DNA of 63,185 bases, filler included, from Octopus bimaculoides (taxonomy: Eukaryota), in NCBI RefSeq assembly GCF_001194135.2. It is 6 parts of 5 records of this genome, joined end to end, with 100 filler letters (N's around TTAATTAATTAA, not from the genome) between each part and the next. Parts side by side here need not be neighbours in the genome. Positions count along the whole stretch, not along the records: positions 1 to 27,950 come from NC_068986.1; positions 28,051 to 39,454 come from NC_068983.1; 4 more parts are not named here. One strand, 5' to 3'. This document shows positions 23,822 through 37,263 of this stretch, one piece after another (position 1 is the stretch's first letter; each line of letters opens with the position of its first letter). The position numbers and the translations under genes were made by a program. A model generated the notes under the pieces. That model made no database searches. It saw only the letters and a program-made list of their open reading frames with translations, and was not told the origin of the DNA.

Positions 23822-24337
23822 AACTGAAGAAAGGATAGATGCGAATAGGCAGACATTACATTGAAAGACTTCAGACAAAAATCATGCCTCCTCATTGATA
23901 TAACTGCCCCAATCGATATAAATGTATCTGTCAAGACCTATCAAAAACCGAGCAAGTATAAAGAACTTGAAATAGAAATTGACAAAATGTCGAACCTCAA
24001 GTTTAAAACAATACCTGTTGTCATAGGTGCCCGAGGAATGATAGCAAAAGGGGTTGATTCCTGTCTAGCTCAGATACCAGGAAACCCCAAAGTGGCAGAA
24101 ATTCAAAAGATAATGCTCATGGGATCTGCTCCTATCCTACGTAAAATACTGTCTATGTAATCTCAAATTTTTAAACAAACTCATAATTTTCTTGTTTTCT
24201 CAAGAACAATACTATGTGCAAAACCAAATATATGACACCTTAGGCATAACACCAACATGAACTTCTAATTGTTTCCTGAGGTCTCTGGGTGAGACTTGGA
24301 GTCAACTTGTACAAATACAAAGTAAAAGTCAAATAAA
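23822..24337 (+). mobile_element. 5'-truncated R4/Dong-clade non-LTR retrotransposon: restriction-like endonuclease C-terminus and 3' UTR
   Basis: (frameshifted) ANR[P]DITLKDFRQKSCLLIDITAP.D....K....KY..LEIEI.KM...K.KTIPVVIGARG...ILRKILSM*, the PD-(D/E)xK RLE pattern. Stop at 24158-24160; 3' end runs into a TAA array. Confidence 0.85.
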
Positions 24338-24354
24338 TAATAATGATGATGATG

Positions 24355-24424
<70 letters not shown>

Positions 24425-24429
24425 TAATA

Positions 24430-24506
<77 letters not shown>

Positions 24507-24523
24507 AATAATAATAATAATAA
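24338..24523. repeat. Compound (TAA)n/(TGA)n microsatellite
   Basis: Directly visible. Confidence 0.95.
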
Positions 24524-25444
24524 ATGCCCGGATGCAGTACCAGGCAGTGGCTCTCATGGCTTCTGATCTTAATTGAATGGAAGTGCTATCATGTACATTG
24601 TTTTGTNNNNNNNNNNNNNNNNNNNNNNNNNNNNNNNNNNNNNNNNNNNNNNNNNNNNNNNNNNNNNNNNNNNNNNNNNNNNNNNNNNNNNNNNNNNNNN
24701 NNNNNNNNNNNNNNNNNNNNNNNNNNNNNNNNNNNNNNNNNNNNNNNNNNNNNNNNNNNNNNNNNNNNNNNNNNNNNNNNNNNNNNNNNNNNNNNNNNNN
24801 NNNNNNNNNNNNNNNNNNNNNNNNNNNNNNNNNNNNNNNNNNNNNNNNNNNNNNNNNNNNNNNNNNNNNNNNNNNNNNNNNNNNNNNNNNNNNNNNNNNN
24901 NNNNNNNNNNNNNNNNNNNNNNNNNNNNNNNNNNNNNNNNNNNNNNNNNNNNNNNNNNNNNNNNNNNNNNNNNNNNNNNNNNNNNNNNNNNNNNNNNNNN
25001 NNNNNNNNNNNNNNNNNNNNNNNNNNNNNNNNNNNNNNNNNNNNNNNNNNNNNNNNNNNNNNNNNNNNNNNNNNNNNNNNNNNNNNNNNNNNNNNNNNNN
25101 NNNNNNNNNNNNNNNNNNNNNNNNNNNNNNNNNNNNNNNNNNNNNNNNNNNNNNNNNNNNNNNNNNNNNNNNNNNNNNNNNNNNNNNNNNNNNNNNNNNN
25201 NNNNNNNNNNNNNNNNNNNNNNNNNNNNNNNNNNNNNNNNNNNNNNNNNTGGTGGTGGTGGTGGTGGTGGTGGTGGTGGTGGTGGTGATGGTGGTGGTGA
25301 TGGTGATGGAGTTGAAGGTGTTCGTGGGTAGTGCTGGTGATATTGATGGTGATTATGGGAACAGTGTTAAAGTGGCAGCGATGTGGTGTTTGGTGTGGTT
25401 ATGATGAAATGACAGTGAAAATGACACCGATGATGACGACGATA

Positions 25445-25481
<37 letters not shown>

Positions 25482-25639
25482 CGACGACGACGACACTGGT
25501 ATTGTCAATGATGGAGTCGACAGATATGGTGTTGATGATAACGGTAATGTTGAAGACGATGACAAGAGTAATGATGTAGGCAGTAAGGAATTAGCTGTGA
25601 TGGAGATGGTGCTGGTGTATGAGGGTGGAGGATAAAATG

Positions 25640-25900
25640 TTTTTAATGTTGCACAAAAGTTGTATCCCTCCCACATCTGGAATGGTGCTGATTCTGCGCA
25701 CGCAGATACCCCAGATAGTGTCCAGATAGATGCCACTCAACTGATTGGAATAAAACCATTCGCAGACACGCTCCAACCTTTGTCTCACAAATGTGTTGTC
25801 TCCTCTCTCTACTTTTTCTACAACAACTATAATGGTCTCTGTTCCTCGGAGCAAGTTGGTCTTCTTCTACCCCTACTCAGGTACTCCCGTGGTCATGATT
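25640..25900 (+). pseudogene. L2/CR1-group LINE reverse transcriptase C-terminal fragment
   Basis: LYPSHIWNGA...DSVQIDATQLIG...LQPLSHKCVVSSLYFFYNNYNGLCSSE resembles the L.Y.SHIW.GA / LD..Q.RA.RLI / L.PL..RR..ASL..FY.Y..G.CS.EL tail. Confidence 0.7.
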
Positions 25901-25962
25901 TGAAGAATAAGTGTATAATTGGTTAAATGTTGTCGACCCTGTCGTCTCTGAAGGACATAAAT

Positions 25963-26193
25963 CAGTGATTCTCAACCGAGGTCCATATAAAATTTTGTTA
26001 AAGTTTACTGCAATAAATTGGTTATACGTCTACAATACACAAAATATTTAAGCATTTTTATATGCAGTTCCTAATGATATTTAATTATAAAAATATAATG
26101 AGGTTTTTTTAAACATTGATTGATTATATGGATCCAGTAGAGTAAAATAGGAATCAAAGGGACTCACGTATAAAAAATGGCTGAGAACCACTG
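25963..26193. mobile_element. hAT/Charlie-type MITE
   Basis: TIRs cagtgattctcaacc ... ggctgagaaccactg; flanking 8-mers acataaat / agataaaa (6/8 match, degenerate TSD). Confidence 0.75.
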
Positions 26194-27750
26194 AGATAAA
26201 AGAAATTCAACTCTGGTGAGATTTAAACCTAAAAGGTGAAGGACAGAAACCAAATATATAAAACTGCATCGCTATCGTTTTCGTTAGCTTCACTGCCCTA
26301 CGTTCTGTAAATATTGGTAGACTCCTTAAAATAGTGATTTATCTGCAATTCCCACAAGCTAAACAGAAGAAAATGTAGATAACTCAGGATTTCTGCTTGA
26401 TGTGAGGGTGTAACTCAGCGGTTCTCCTACTTATCCCTAGATTTTTGTGTGACATTTCGATGCAGTTTTACTCAAAAGAGATGATCACACAACACTATAA
26501 AAGATAAAAGCATTATTGTGTTACAGGAAACCGTTTCTTCGATTTCCCTTCTACCACATTCAAAGAATTGAGCGAAATGCGTCAACTGCTTTAACTAGAG
26601 AAACAATCAGTGAGTGGTCCTTTATATGGTCGCTAGAAATAACAGCCAAATCACTCTTAAATCATTCTTAGATGCAGCCATCTCGTCTTTTTGAATAATT
26701 ATTAATACATTCTCCGAAGTGTCCTGCCTTTTCTTTTTCAGTACGTAGAGTAATGTGACGGATATTTTGCTGCTATTTCTAACAGACCCAGCGACCAGAA
26801 AGAGGCTTTTTCGTTGGATCACAACGATGGTATTGGTGGTTGTTATTTAATCCAAGGTCAGCTATGTAAAAAGGCATTGCAGTTATCATTTCATATCTAG
26901 AGCTACAATGTCCAACGTATCTTTTTCTTTGTCTTTTTTCAAAATGGTAGGTGAGATTCAAAGGTGTTAAACTGCTGTTTCTAGCAACACATTGAAAAAT
27001 GTGAAATCAGTTGACAGTTTATTTAAACACTGATGTATATAATTGCGTGTGCTACTGCATCTTTCAGGCTCAACTAACTTCAGAGTGGGTGAGAGAGAGA
27101 GGGGGAGAAAGAGAGAGAGGGAGAAAGAGAGAGAGGGAGAAAGAGAGAGTGGGAAAGAGAGATTAGGAGAGAGAGATCATGTGTCAGTAGGTCTCACGAG
27201 AAAAGATTAGATTCGCGGATGGAAGATCATTTTTAAGGTTTCCTTGTCTCTGAAGATTAATTAATTCTAATTGGACCAACACAATTAGTTCTAACTATTT
27301 ATATTTTAATTTTTGAAAGTTTATAATTATGTCATCAATTCAGTTTGAACAAAATCATATCAAGGATTATTTTTACATCAAATCATTTCCGATCAAAAGC
27401 GCTCAAGCTTTGACAATCCCGTTTTTGCGTGTATAAAGCTACATTTTTCAGTGTGTCCTTCCTGATTTAAGATACTATGACAACTGCAAGTTATGTTAAA
27501 CAACAACATATAAATTCAGTAAAAACATTCTGAGGTTAAAAATAATTTTCATCTTTAAATAAGTGTGAGAATTTCTTCTAGGCGAAACAGCATAGCTCAT
27601 CCAAGACACTACTATGATCACCCATCACTTTTGGAATAGGAAATTGATTATTCTTGAAATTCACTCAACATGTCTCGTAAACGTTAACTAAACTTTATTA
27701 GTTTCGAATGTATCCTACTGCGAATATCATTAAATAAATAAATAAGTAAA

Positions 27751-27832
<82 letters not shown>

Positions 27833-27844
27833 CGACGATAATAA

Positions 27845-27950
27845 TCCTTTCTACTACAGGAAAAAGGCCTGAAATTTTTGGGTTGGGGATAAGTTGATTA
27901 CATCGACCCCAGTGCTCAACTGGTACTTATTTTAGCAACCCCGAAAGGGT
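27845..27950 (-). mobile_element. SINE family A, 3' part (truncated by a gap)
   Basis: catcgaccccagtgctcaactggtacttattttagcaaccccgaaagg is the reverse of the family A body. Confidence 0.8.
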
Positions 27951-30877
27951 NNNNNNNNNNNNNNNNNNNNNNNNNNNNNNNNNNNNNNNNNNNNTTAATT
28001 AATTAANNNNNNNNNNNNNNNNNNNNNNNNNNNNNNNNNNNNNNNNNNNNAAATATAAAAAATATGTTAAAAAAACCTCATTTTAAAATATATTATAAAA
28101 TTATATAGACATATATATGTATGTGAGTATGTATATATGTATGTGAGTATGTATATATGTATGTATATTTTCATGTTGCTATACAAGACGGCTCTCCGAA
28201 TATTTCCGCCAAGCAAATTCATAAGTTACTGGCGAGTATTGAGATTGAAGGCAAAGCACTTGACAAAAAGGAAGCTTTCGCTTCTTCTAGTTATCATATG
28301 ATGCTTAAGTGGAATTAATGTGAGGATAATACTTAAATGCATGACAGTTGAAATATGTTACTTCCTGCACTCAAAAATGGCAACAAAGAATATAGGACTA
28401 TAATGTTAGTAGAACAATCGAATTTCGTTTGCGATGAAAAATGTAAAGGTGGTTAGCAGCAGGTCGAAACCCTTTCGTTATTGAATAAATATCAGTTAAC
28501 ATAAGGTCACTTTTTACAGAGAAACGCAGAAACGCTACGCGATTGAATCGATATTAATGTATAACTAGTTATTATTTTACCTACCGCACCGTGAATTTCC
28601 GTTAAGTATCAAGAGAAAGAAAGCTAAGTAATGTAAGGCACTTAATCCAACTTTCTACACTTTCTGACAAGCCGTCCTCTTTATCATACAACAAATATAG
28701 ATATCAAGAATTTGACAAAAAGAAATTGGGTAAGGTGGGAAATAATAGACATTAACACAGTCATAGTTTTTATCAATAGACAAATCGGTGGTCGTCTTTG
28801 AGAATGTAATTCATTTGCTTTTCTGTCTGGTTCATCAGATCTTGTGTAAATACCACTGGTGCACGAAAAAGTAGCAAATTTCAGAAAGCAAATATACAAA
28901 TATTGTTCAAGAAATGAAATTTTAATCCTCATAAGCTACAATGAAATATAAATAATTCTCTTACTAGGTTACCAAACAATTTCTTTCGAATTATAAATTC
29001 AAACGAGGCTGTAAGTATATAAAGAAATACATAGTATTGCTTTATCATTTCGATACTATTGATTCTGCAGAGAAAAATCTAACCGTATTCGTGATGCATG
29101 AATTTGAATTCTTCAAATATTGGTAGATTTCAGTATTACAACATTGAGAAATTGATAAGAAACTAAATCTTTCAATGTTCATCAATGCTAGCCATTTAGT
29201 TGATATTCTTCAGAAGTTCATTTCATCGGTTTTCTTACTTGTTATTCGGTGGTTCATATGACGGAGTATGCTGGTCTGTGGCCTATCGCCCGCATTTACA
29301 TCATCATGTTTCCAGTTAAACTATTTCATTCTTTTCACTAGGTGTATCAATGGTCCAATCACCTTTACTGCTAATATATGCCCGATATGTTTACATTATC
29401 CTTGACACACTAAATTTAATAAGATGTTCTCAGTAGGCGCTACAAAATCTACATTGATATTTTTATGAAAATATATATACACTTAGATTTATAGATCCTA
29501 CGCCACATACTTTCAAAATACATAGAGGGCTTAACTGCAAATGTTGCATCGGTTAGCACTACCACCTGTATTCACCAGGATTCATTTGCATCTCAGAAAC
29601 TCAGACAGAGAAATCAAAAAGAATAACATGTTAAAAAAGACAGCAATAAATTAGAGAGAGATAAACACATACAAGACTAGGTAACAAAAAGCCATATAAT
29701 TACTATCTGTCGAATCAGCAAATTTGCTAAAGTCTCAACAGTGATCAAAGACTGGAAACATATCAGTAGGAGTATTATAATTCACATATAGGTCTTTAAA
29801 GATTAAGTAACATATCATCAACATTGATTAGAGACAGAAGAAAAGCAAAACACTATCTAGTTCATTATTATGAGTTGGAAAACATATTAAGCATATTTTT
29901 ACGTGGCTTTCACAGTTTTCTATGGTAACAGACAAATTCACACAAACATACAGACACATTTTTGGATATTTTTGTACATATATTCACATACGTATATATA
30001 AATATATATGTGAGGGGTGTGTTTGAGTGTGTGTTCCTATATAAAGATATCTATATNNNNNNNNNNNNNNNNNNNNNNNNNNNNNNNNNNNNNNNNNNNN
30101 NNNNNNNNNNNNNNNNNNNNNNNNNNNNNNNNNNNNNNNNNNNNNNNNNNNNNNNNNNNNNNNNNNNNNNNNNNNNNNNNNNNNNNNNNNNNNNNNNNNN
30201 NNNNNNNNNNNNNNNNNNNNNNNNNNNNNNNNNNNNNNNNNNNNNNNNNNNNNNNNNNNNNNNNNNNNNNNNNNNNNNNNNNNNNNNNNNNNNNNNNNNN
30301 NNNNNNNNNNNNNNNNNNNNNNNNNNNNNNNNNNNNNNNNNNNNNNNNNNNNNNNNNNNNNNNNNNNNNNNNNNNNNNNNNNNNNNNNNNNNNNNNNNNN
30401 NNNNNNNNNNNNNNNNNNNNNNNNNNNNNNNNNNNNNNNNNNNNNNNNNNNNNNNNNNNNNNNNNNNNNNNNNNNNNNNNNNNNNNNNNNNNNNNNNNNN
30501 NNNNNNNNNNNNNNNNNNNNNNNNNNNNNNNNNNNNNNNNNNNNNNNNNNNNNNNNNNNNNNNNNNNNNNNNNNNNNNNNNNNNNNNNNNNNNNNNNNNN
30601 NNNNNNNNNNNNNNNNNNNNNNNNNNNNNNNNNNNNNNNNNNNNNNNNNNNNNNNNNNNNNNNNNNNNNNNNNNNNNNNNNNNNNNNNNNNNNNNNNNNN
30701 NNNNNNNNNNNNNNNNNNNNNNNNNNNNNNNNNNNNNNNNNNNNNNNNNNNNNNNNNNNNNNNNNNNNNNNNNNNNNNNNNNNNNNNNNNNNNNNNNNNN
30801 NNNNNNNNNNNNNNNNNNNNNNNNNNNNNNNNNNNNNNNNNNNNNNNNNNNNNNNNNNNNNNNNNNNNNNNNNNNNN

Positions 30878-31128
30878 ATATGACCAAGGAAACCATTCAA
30901 AAGCATCGCTGGGATGGGAAGTGCTGCCACACCCGCCGTACTCCTGATTTGGCACCAACGGATTTCCACCTCTTTCGATCTCTTTCAAATACTATGCGCG
31001 GAGTTTCGTTCAATAATGATGCACACCTGAGAGCTTGGTTGGATCAAGTTTTCGAGTCGAAATCGGGTGATTTCTAACAACGAGGTATTGAAAATCTTGT
31101 TGAACGTTGGGAAGAACTTGCAAAGAAC
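30878..31128 (+). pseudogene. Mariner transposase C-terminal fragment
   Basis: With one frameshift: LGWEVLPHPPY[S]PDLAPTDFHLFRSLSN...FNND...FESK...F*QRGIENLVERWEE (YSPDLAP-D motif). Confidence 0.9.
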
Positions 31129-31150
31129 ACACACACACATACATATACAT

Positions 31151-31190
<40 letters not shown>

Positions 31191-31192
<2 letters not shown>

Positions 31193-31335
31193 GCATATAT
31201 GAGTACAGGACATCGCCAACCGTAAACAGCATAAAGTACGAAAACAAGCGAATTAAATACGCAAACAACGAGAGAAAAATTTGCAAACAAGACAAGCAAC
31301 ACAAAGAACGACCCTTCATCAGTTGTCAGCTGTCT
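31191..31335 (-). mobile_element. Dispersed repeat family F (second copy at 35503-35610, + strand)
   Basis: Both copies start gaca(a/g)ctgatgaaggg, have a T-rich body and end gtcctgtactc..atatgcat next to a microsatellite. Confidence 0.6.
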
Positions 31336-31344
31336 ATCACACAC

Positions 31345-31386
<42 letters not shown>

Positions 31387-31913
31387 GTTTGTGTGTGTAC
31401 GTGTGTGCATTGTATATACATATACACACATATGCATAGATAGAGAGATTGAAAAGGAATCGGATATGCATCTGTCATGAGTTGCAATAGGATGATGACA
31501 GCTGTGAATGATAAAGCACACTCTAAATGCAAACACTATAATTTGTTCCAAATGTTCCAGCATCCCCTCAAAACTGCTGCAGTCCAAAATGCTTGAAATA
31601 TTTCGGCCATCAATGAGGTGGAAAGGGTTGAGATATAAAAAAGCTGTCATGTATATAACAGAATACGATGGTAATGTGTGTTGTGTTCTGGAAAAAACAC
31701 AATACATCTCACTTTGCTCTGGTATCACCAATTCTGACGTGTGGCAAATCGTGCACCTGTACAGGCAATGTCCATTTCTGCATAGAAATTTATCAATATA
31801 CAGCACAAACATTTGATTTAATCACTAGAAGTGAATCATCTGCGTAGGGTCGTCAACGAAAAAATCGCAGAGCACACAAATGAGGTCTACGACAGGAGAA
31901 CGCATGCATGTGC

Positions 31914-31948
<35 letters not shown>

Positions 31949-32749
31949 NNNNNNNNNNNNNNNNNNNNNNNNNNNNNNNNNNNNNNNNNNNNNNNNNNNN
32001 NNNNNNNNNNNNNNNNNNNNNNNNNNNNNNNNNNNNNNNNNNNNNNNNNNNNNNNNNNNNNNNNNNNNNNNNNNNNNNNNNNNNNNNNNNNNNNNNNNNN
32101 NNNNNNNNNNNNNNNNNNNNNNNNNNNNNNNNNNNNNNNNNNNNNNNNNNNNNNNNNNNNNNNNNNNNNNNNNNNNNNNNNNNNNNNNNNNNNNNNNNNN
32201 NNNNNNNNNNNNNNNNNNNNNNNNNNNNNNNNNNNNNNNNNNNNNNNNNNNNNNNNNNNNNNNNNNNNNNNNNNNNNNNNNNNNNNNNNNNNNNNNNNNN
32301 NNNNNNNNNNNNNNNNNNNNNNNNNNNNNNNNNNNNNNNNNNNNNNNNNNNNNNNNNNNNNNNNNNNNNNNNNNNNNNNNNNNNNNNNNNNNNNNNNNNN
32401 NNNNNNNNNNNNNNNNNNNNNNNNNNNNNNNNNNNNNNNNNNNNNNNNNNNNNNNNNNNNNNNNNNNNNNNNNNNNNNNNNNNNNNNNNNNNNNNNNNNN
32501 NNNNNNNNNNNNNNNNNNNNNNNNNNNNNNNNNNNNNNNNNNNNNNNNNNNNNNNNNNNNNNNNNNNNNNNNNNNNNNNNNNNNNNNNNNNNNNNNNNNN
32601 NNNNNNNNNNNNNNNNNNNNNNNNNNNNNNNNNNNNNNNNNNNNNNNNNNNNNNNNNNNNNNNNNNNNNNNNNNNNNNNNNNNNNNNNNNNNNNNNNNNN
32701 NNNNNNNNNNNNNNNNNNNNNNNNNNNNNNNNNNNNNNNNNNNNNNNNN

Positions 32750-32809
<60 letters not shown>

Positions 32810-34743
32810 GAATAAATCTCCGAATAAATGTTTTTAATATATATACATATGTGTGTGTTGCTATGTGTGTGGGTTTAGTTGTCTGTGTGTGTGTATCGGT
32901 GTGAAAGTGCATGCGCGTGTTTATGTGCTTCATATATTTTATTGCGATCATTTAGCGGAAACTAATGCATAGAATTTGTTTTTGAAAGATTGTATTCGAG
33001 AGAGCTGGCTAAGAAATTGCTTCAAGCGTAAAATTTAATCACATTTAATTACACGAATTCTTGCATAACTTTATGAAACCTACACCATGCTGAATGTATA
33101 TGTTCTCTTGGTTATATACACATTGTAACATACCAGAGTTGCTATCTTTTTGTACATAAAACATTTTGATACCTATTGTCAATTGTAGACAATCTATGCA
33201 AGAGTTTTCTTTCTTCTAGACATTCACATCACTATCGACATACTTTTCTCAATCTCACTTTCCTTCGCTTATTCATTCAATCTTCCAGTAAGTCACGACG
33301 AAGAATACATAAGTTTTGTTGTTTTGTTTACAAACTGTGCGTAGACTCCCTGCCACATACTTATATATATATATGTATATATATATANNNNNNNNNNNNN
33401 NNNNNNNNNNNNNNNNNNNNNNNNNNNNNNNNNNNNNNNNNNNNNNNNNNNNNNNNNNNNNNNNNNNNNNNNNNNNNNNNNNNNNNNNNNNNNNNNNNNN
33501 NNNNNNNNNNNNNNNNNNNNNNNNNNNNNNNNNNNNNNNNNNNNNNNNNNNNNNNNNNNNNNNNNNNNNNNNNNNNNNNNNNNNNNNNNNNNNNNNNNNN
33601 NNNNNNNNNNNNNNNNNNNNNNNNNNNNNNNNNNNNNNNNNNNNNNNNNNNNNNNNNNNNNNNNNNNNNNNNNNNNNNNNNNNNNNNNNNNNNNNNNNNN
33701 NNNNNNNNNNNNNNNNNNNNNNNNNNNNNNNNNNNNNNNNNNNNNNNNNNNNNNNNNNNNNNNNNNNNNNNNNNNNNNNNNNNNNNNNNNNNNNNNNNNN
33801 NNNNNNNNNNNNNNNNNNNNNNNNNNNNNNNNNNNNNNNNNNNNNNNNNNNNNNNNNNNNNNNNNNNNNNNNNNNNNNNNNNNNNNNNNNNNNNNNNNNN
33901 NNNNNNNNNNNNNNNNNNNNNNNNNNNNNNNNNNNNNNNNNNNNNNNNNNNNNNNNNNNNNNNNNNNNNNNNNNNCAATGTGGGATATAGAATATGGAAT
34001 ATACAATATATAATATAATATACAATATATAATATAAAATAAAAATGGATGGTACAATGAAATAAAGTATTGAATGTCTTATTGAATATATGGAATATGT
34101 CTTATTGAATAGATGAAATATTGAGTGTTCAATATAAAGGATTAAATATATAAAGGCGAATACGTATTTTCTATACCTTGTGTCTTTTCTGTCTTTTATA
34201 CCGATTCCTTTGGACAGCAGCAGTATGTGTTTGGCTATTTTTAGAATTGATGTCAAATTTATTTCTAAAAATATATAAAGGATTTTGAATAATGATATCC
34301 TCATTTACAACAACCTATATTTTTTATGGGATTGTCACAAGAATCTATTGATTTTTCTAAGCTTCTAACATCTTTCGTTCAACAAATCACTAGATGTTTA
34401 TCATCATCATCATCGTCGTCGTCGTCGTCATTATTATTATTATTATTATTATTATTGTTATTATCATTATCACGTGCTTTCACTGCACTGCCGAGCGATC
34501 CGTGTTTGGATCAGTGTAGCAACAACGTTATTGCGAGAAACGAACTGAGCAGATGATATAATTGATGTCGTGTTTTAGGGACTATTCAGTTATTCTATTA
34601 TAGAAATACATATTAATCTCATAAAATATATGTACAATGCCATAAAAATGGGTGTATATACATGAAAATATATAAAAACGATTTATTGTACAAAGCATCC
34701 AGCCTCATAAAGCATTATTTTTAGGCAAGGAAAGAATGAAAAC

Positions 34744-34783
<40 letters not shown>

Positions 34784-35438
34784 NNNNNNNNNNNNNNNNN
34801 NNNNNNNNNNNNNNNNNNNNNNNNNNNNNNNNNNNNNNNNNNNNNNNNNNNNNNNNNNNNNNNNNNNNNNNNNNNNNNNNNNNNNNNNNNNNNNNNNNNN
34901 NNNNNNNNNNNNNNNNNNNNNNNNNNNNNNNNNNNNNNNNNNNNNNNNNNNNNNNNNNNNNNNNNNNNNNNNNNNNNNNNNNNNNNNNNNNNNNNNNNNN
35001 NNNNNNNNNNNNNNNNNNNNNNNNNNNNNNNNNNNNNNNNNNNNNNNNNNNNNNNNNNNNNNNNNNNNNNNNNNNNNNNNNNNNNNNNNNNNNNNNNNNN
35101 NNNNNNNNNNNNNNNNNNNNNNNNNNNNNNNNNNNNNNNNNNNNNNNNNNNNNNNNNNNNNNNNNNNNNNNNNNNNNNNNNNNNNNNNNNNNNNNNNNNN
35201 NNNNNNNNNNNNNNNNNNNNNNNNNNNNNNNNNNNNNNNNNNNNNNNNNNNNNNNNNNNNNNNNNNNNNNNNNNNNNNNNNNNNNNNNNNNNNNNNNNNN
35301 NNNNNNNNNNNNNNNNNNNNNNNNNNNNNNNNNNNNNNNNNNNNNNNNNNNNNNNNNNNTGTTGTTTTCACTGTCCATTTTTTCCTGTCTTGGTTTGTGT
35401 TTGCCACCTTGGAATCCTCTGTGTAGTGGGTTGATCCA

Positions 35439-35610
35439 CTACTCAGGAAGAGACTATTCTAGAGTACGTTCTGTCTTGTCTTCGAAACGTCTAGATAGAA
35501 TAGAGACAGCTGATGAAGGGATATTCCAAGTGACTTTCCGTTTTCCTATGTGTTCGTTCCGTTGTCTGTAGTTTATTGTTCTAACGTCCTGTACTCTGAT
35601 ATGCATGTAT
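35439..35610 (+). mobile_element. Repeat family F copy preceded by a degenerate hammerhead-like motif
   Basis: cta-CTCAGGA-a-gagac...gtcttc-GAAAC-GTC-tag (core G5>C) at 35439-35494, then gacagctgatgaaggg...gtcctgtactc. Confidence 0.4.
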
Positions 35611-36113
35611 ATACACATGTAGATGTAAGTATGTACATATATGTGTGTATACATGTATATATATTCTTTGTATTATATTTATATATATATATATATTGAA
35701 AGAGAGAGTGAGAAAGAGAGAGAGTTGAAGAAGAACAGAGAGAGAACTAGATGGATACGCAAATCAAACACACTGCGTACAGTTATGAACGTGTGCTTCA
35801 GGCAAATACTGAGATATATGACATCCGCACATAGACACATGCTCACATATATATAATAACTACAGCTGGGTTGTGGTTCACTACAACTCTTTCAGACGTG
35901 TCTTTTGTTGATGAACAGAAGTGTTTCATCATGCAAATTACCGTTTGTATCAGGTGAATACAGGTAACAATTAACAATTCGAACTTCTCAAGTGTATACA
36001 CTTAGCGTCTCATGAATTGGCCGATATTTATGATTACTCTGCTGAGTAAGTCTTTTGTCGTTATATATCGTCTGTAGACAGAAGCACTATCACCGACTCT
36101 ACATTGATGCTTT

Positions 36114-36189
<76 letters not shown>

Positions 36190-36475
36190 NNNNNNNNNNN
36201 NNNNNNNNNNNNNNNNNNNNNNNNNNNNNNNNNNNNNNNNNNNNNNNNNNNNNNNNNNNNNNNNNNNNNNNNNNNNNNNNNNNNNNNNNNNNNNNNNNNN
36301 NNNNNNNNNNNNNNNNNNNNNNNNNNNNNNNNNNNNNNNNNNNNNNNNNNNNNNNNNNNNNNNNNNNNNNNNNNNNNNNNNNNNNNNNNNNNNNNNNNNN
36401 NNNNNNNNNNNNNNNNNNNNNNNNNNNNNNNNNNNNNNNNNNNATATATATATATATATATAAGCGTGTGTATAA

Positions 36476-36503
36476 CTAGTTGACGTACCCGGAAATTCCC
36501 GGG
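36476..36503 (-). mobile_element. Helitron 3' terminus (hairpin + CTAG)
   Basis: Minus strand: cccgg-gaattt-ccggg-tacgtcaa-CTAG|T. Confidence 0.65.
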
Positions 36504-36609
36504 ATAGCGGGGCTTATCCCTTGGTTCTGTTCTCATAATTGTTTTGCTAATCAAATAGCAACAATACAAAGTATGTAGCGCTTAAAACGGTTTTTATAAG
36601 CCTTAGAGA

Positions 36610-37263
36610 TATGGCATGACATATTTCTATGAAGTGAGACTTTGCCTCCCGCTCATAAGAACTTATGCCCACGTTTCATCCCGTCATCAGATCAGGAAAA
36701 AGCTGTCTGTATTGACTTTGAACGGTTTCAAGAGAACAGCGTAGACTATCAACATTCTTTCTTCCAAATAGTTTGCTAACGACCGATGTACCCGCTTTTC
36801 ATGCACTTTTGGTTACCACAGTTTTCCATCACCACTCCCAATGCATTCTGGGCTCAGTCCAGTTGTAGTTATTCTAAATGTTCAACATTTTGCATTCGTC
36901 TCTCTGCTCGAATTAATTCTTCTACTTGATGGTGATTCGTGTCATTTGTTGCAGCATGATTTGAATTTGTGTCTAGTGTTGGTTTCTCTGTCTTAAAACT
37001 TTTCCCTCCATCTGGGCATATTGCTGTTCTCACTAGTATCGTCTCTGAAAACAACCTATAGAGTGTTATGGGTGTTGAACCACCTGAACCCCGACTCATC
37101 GGGAACCCAACTATGGTACCTAGCTTCTGCTTAGAATCTATAATTTGCACGCAGTGAAGTAATAGAAGGGAGCACTAGTACAGAGGAAGTGCAACTTGAA
37201 AGACCGATGTAGTTAATAACAAATTATGCACATTTTTGCATTACTTTCAGTATATCTCTCGTA
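36610..37263 (-). mobile_element. Old mariner element, 5' half with TIR remnant
   Basis: TIR-like tacgagagatatactgaaagtaatg at 37263-37239; broken readings HQVEELIRAERR and (G)DETW..YE.E.K. Confidence 0.7.

Noticed and set aside
33134-33215. Possible upstream lectin exon (KKENSC...QKDSNS, phase-1 GTATGT donor)
   Set aside because: Weak acceptor, no signal-peptide or domain similarity; only phase-compatible.
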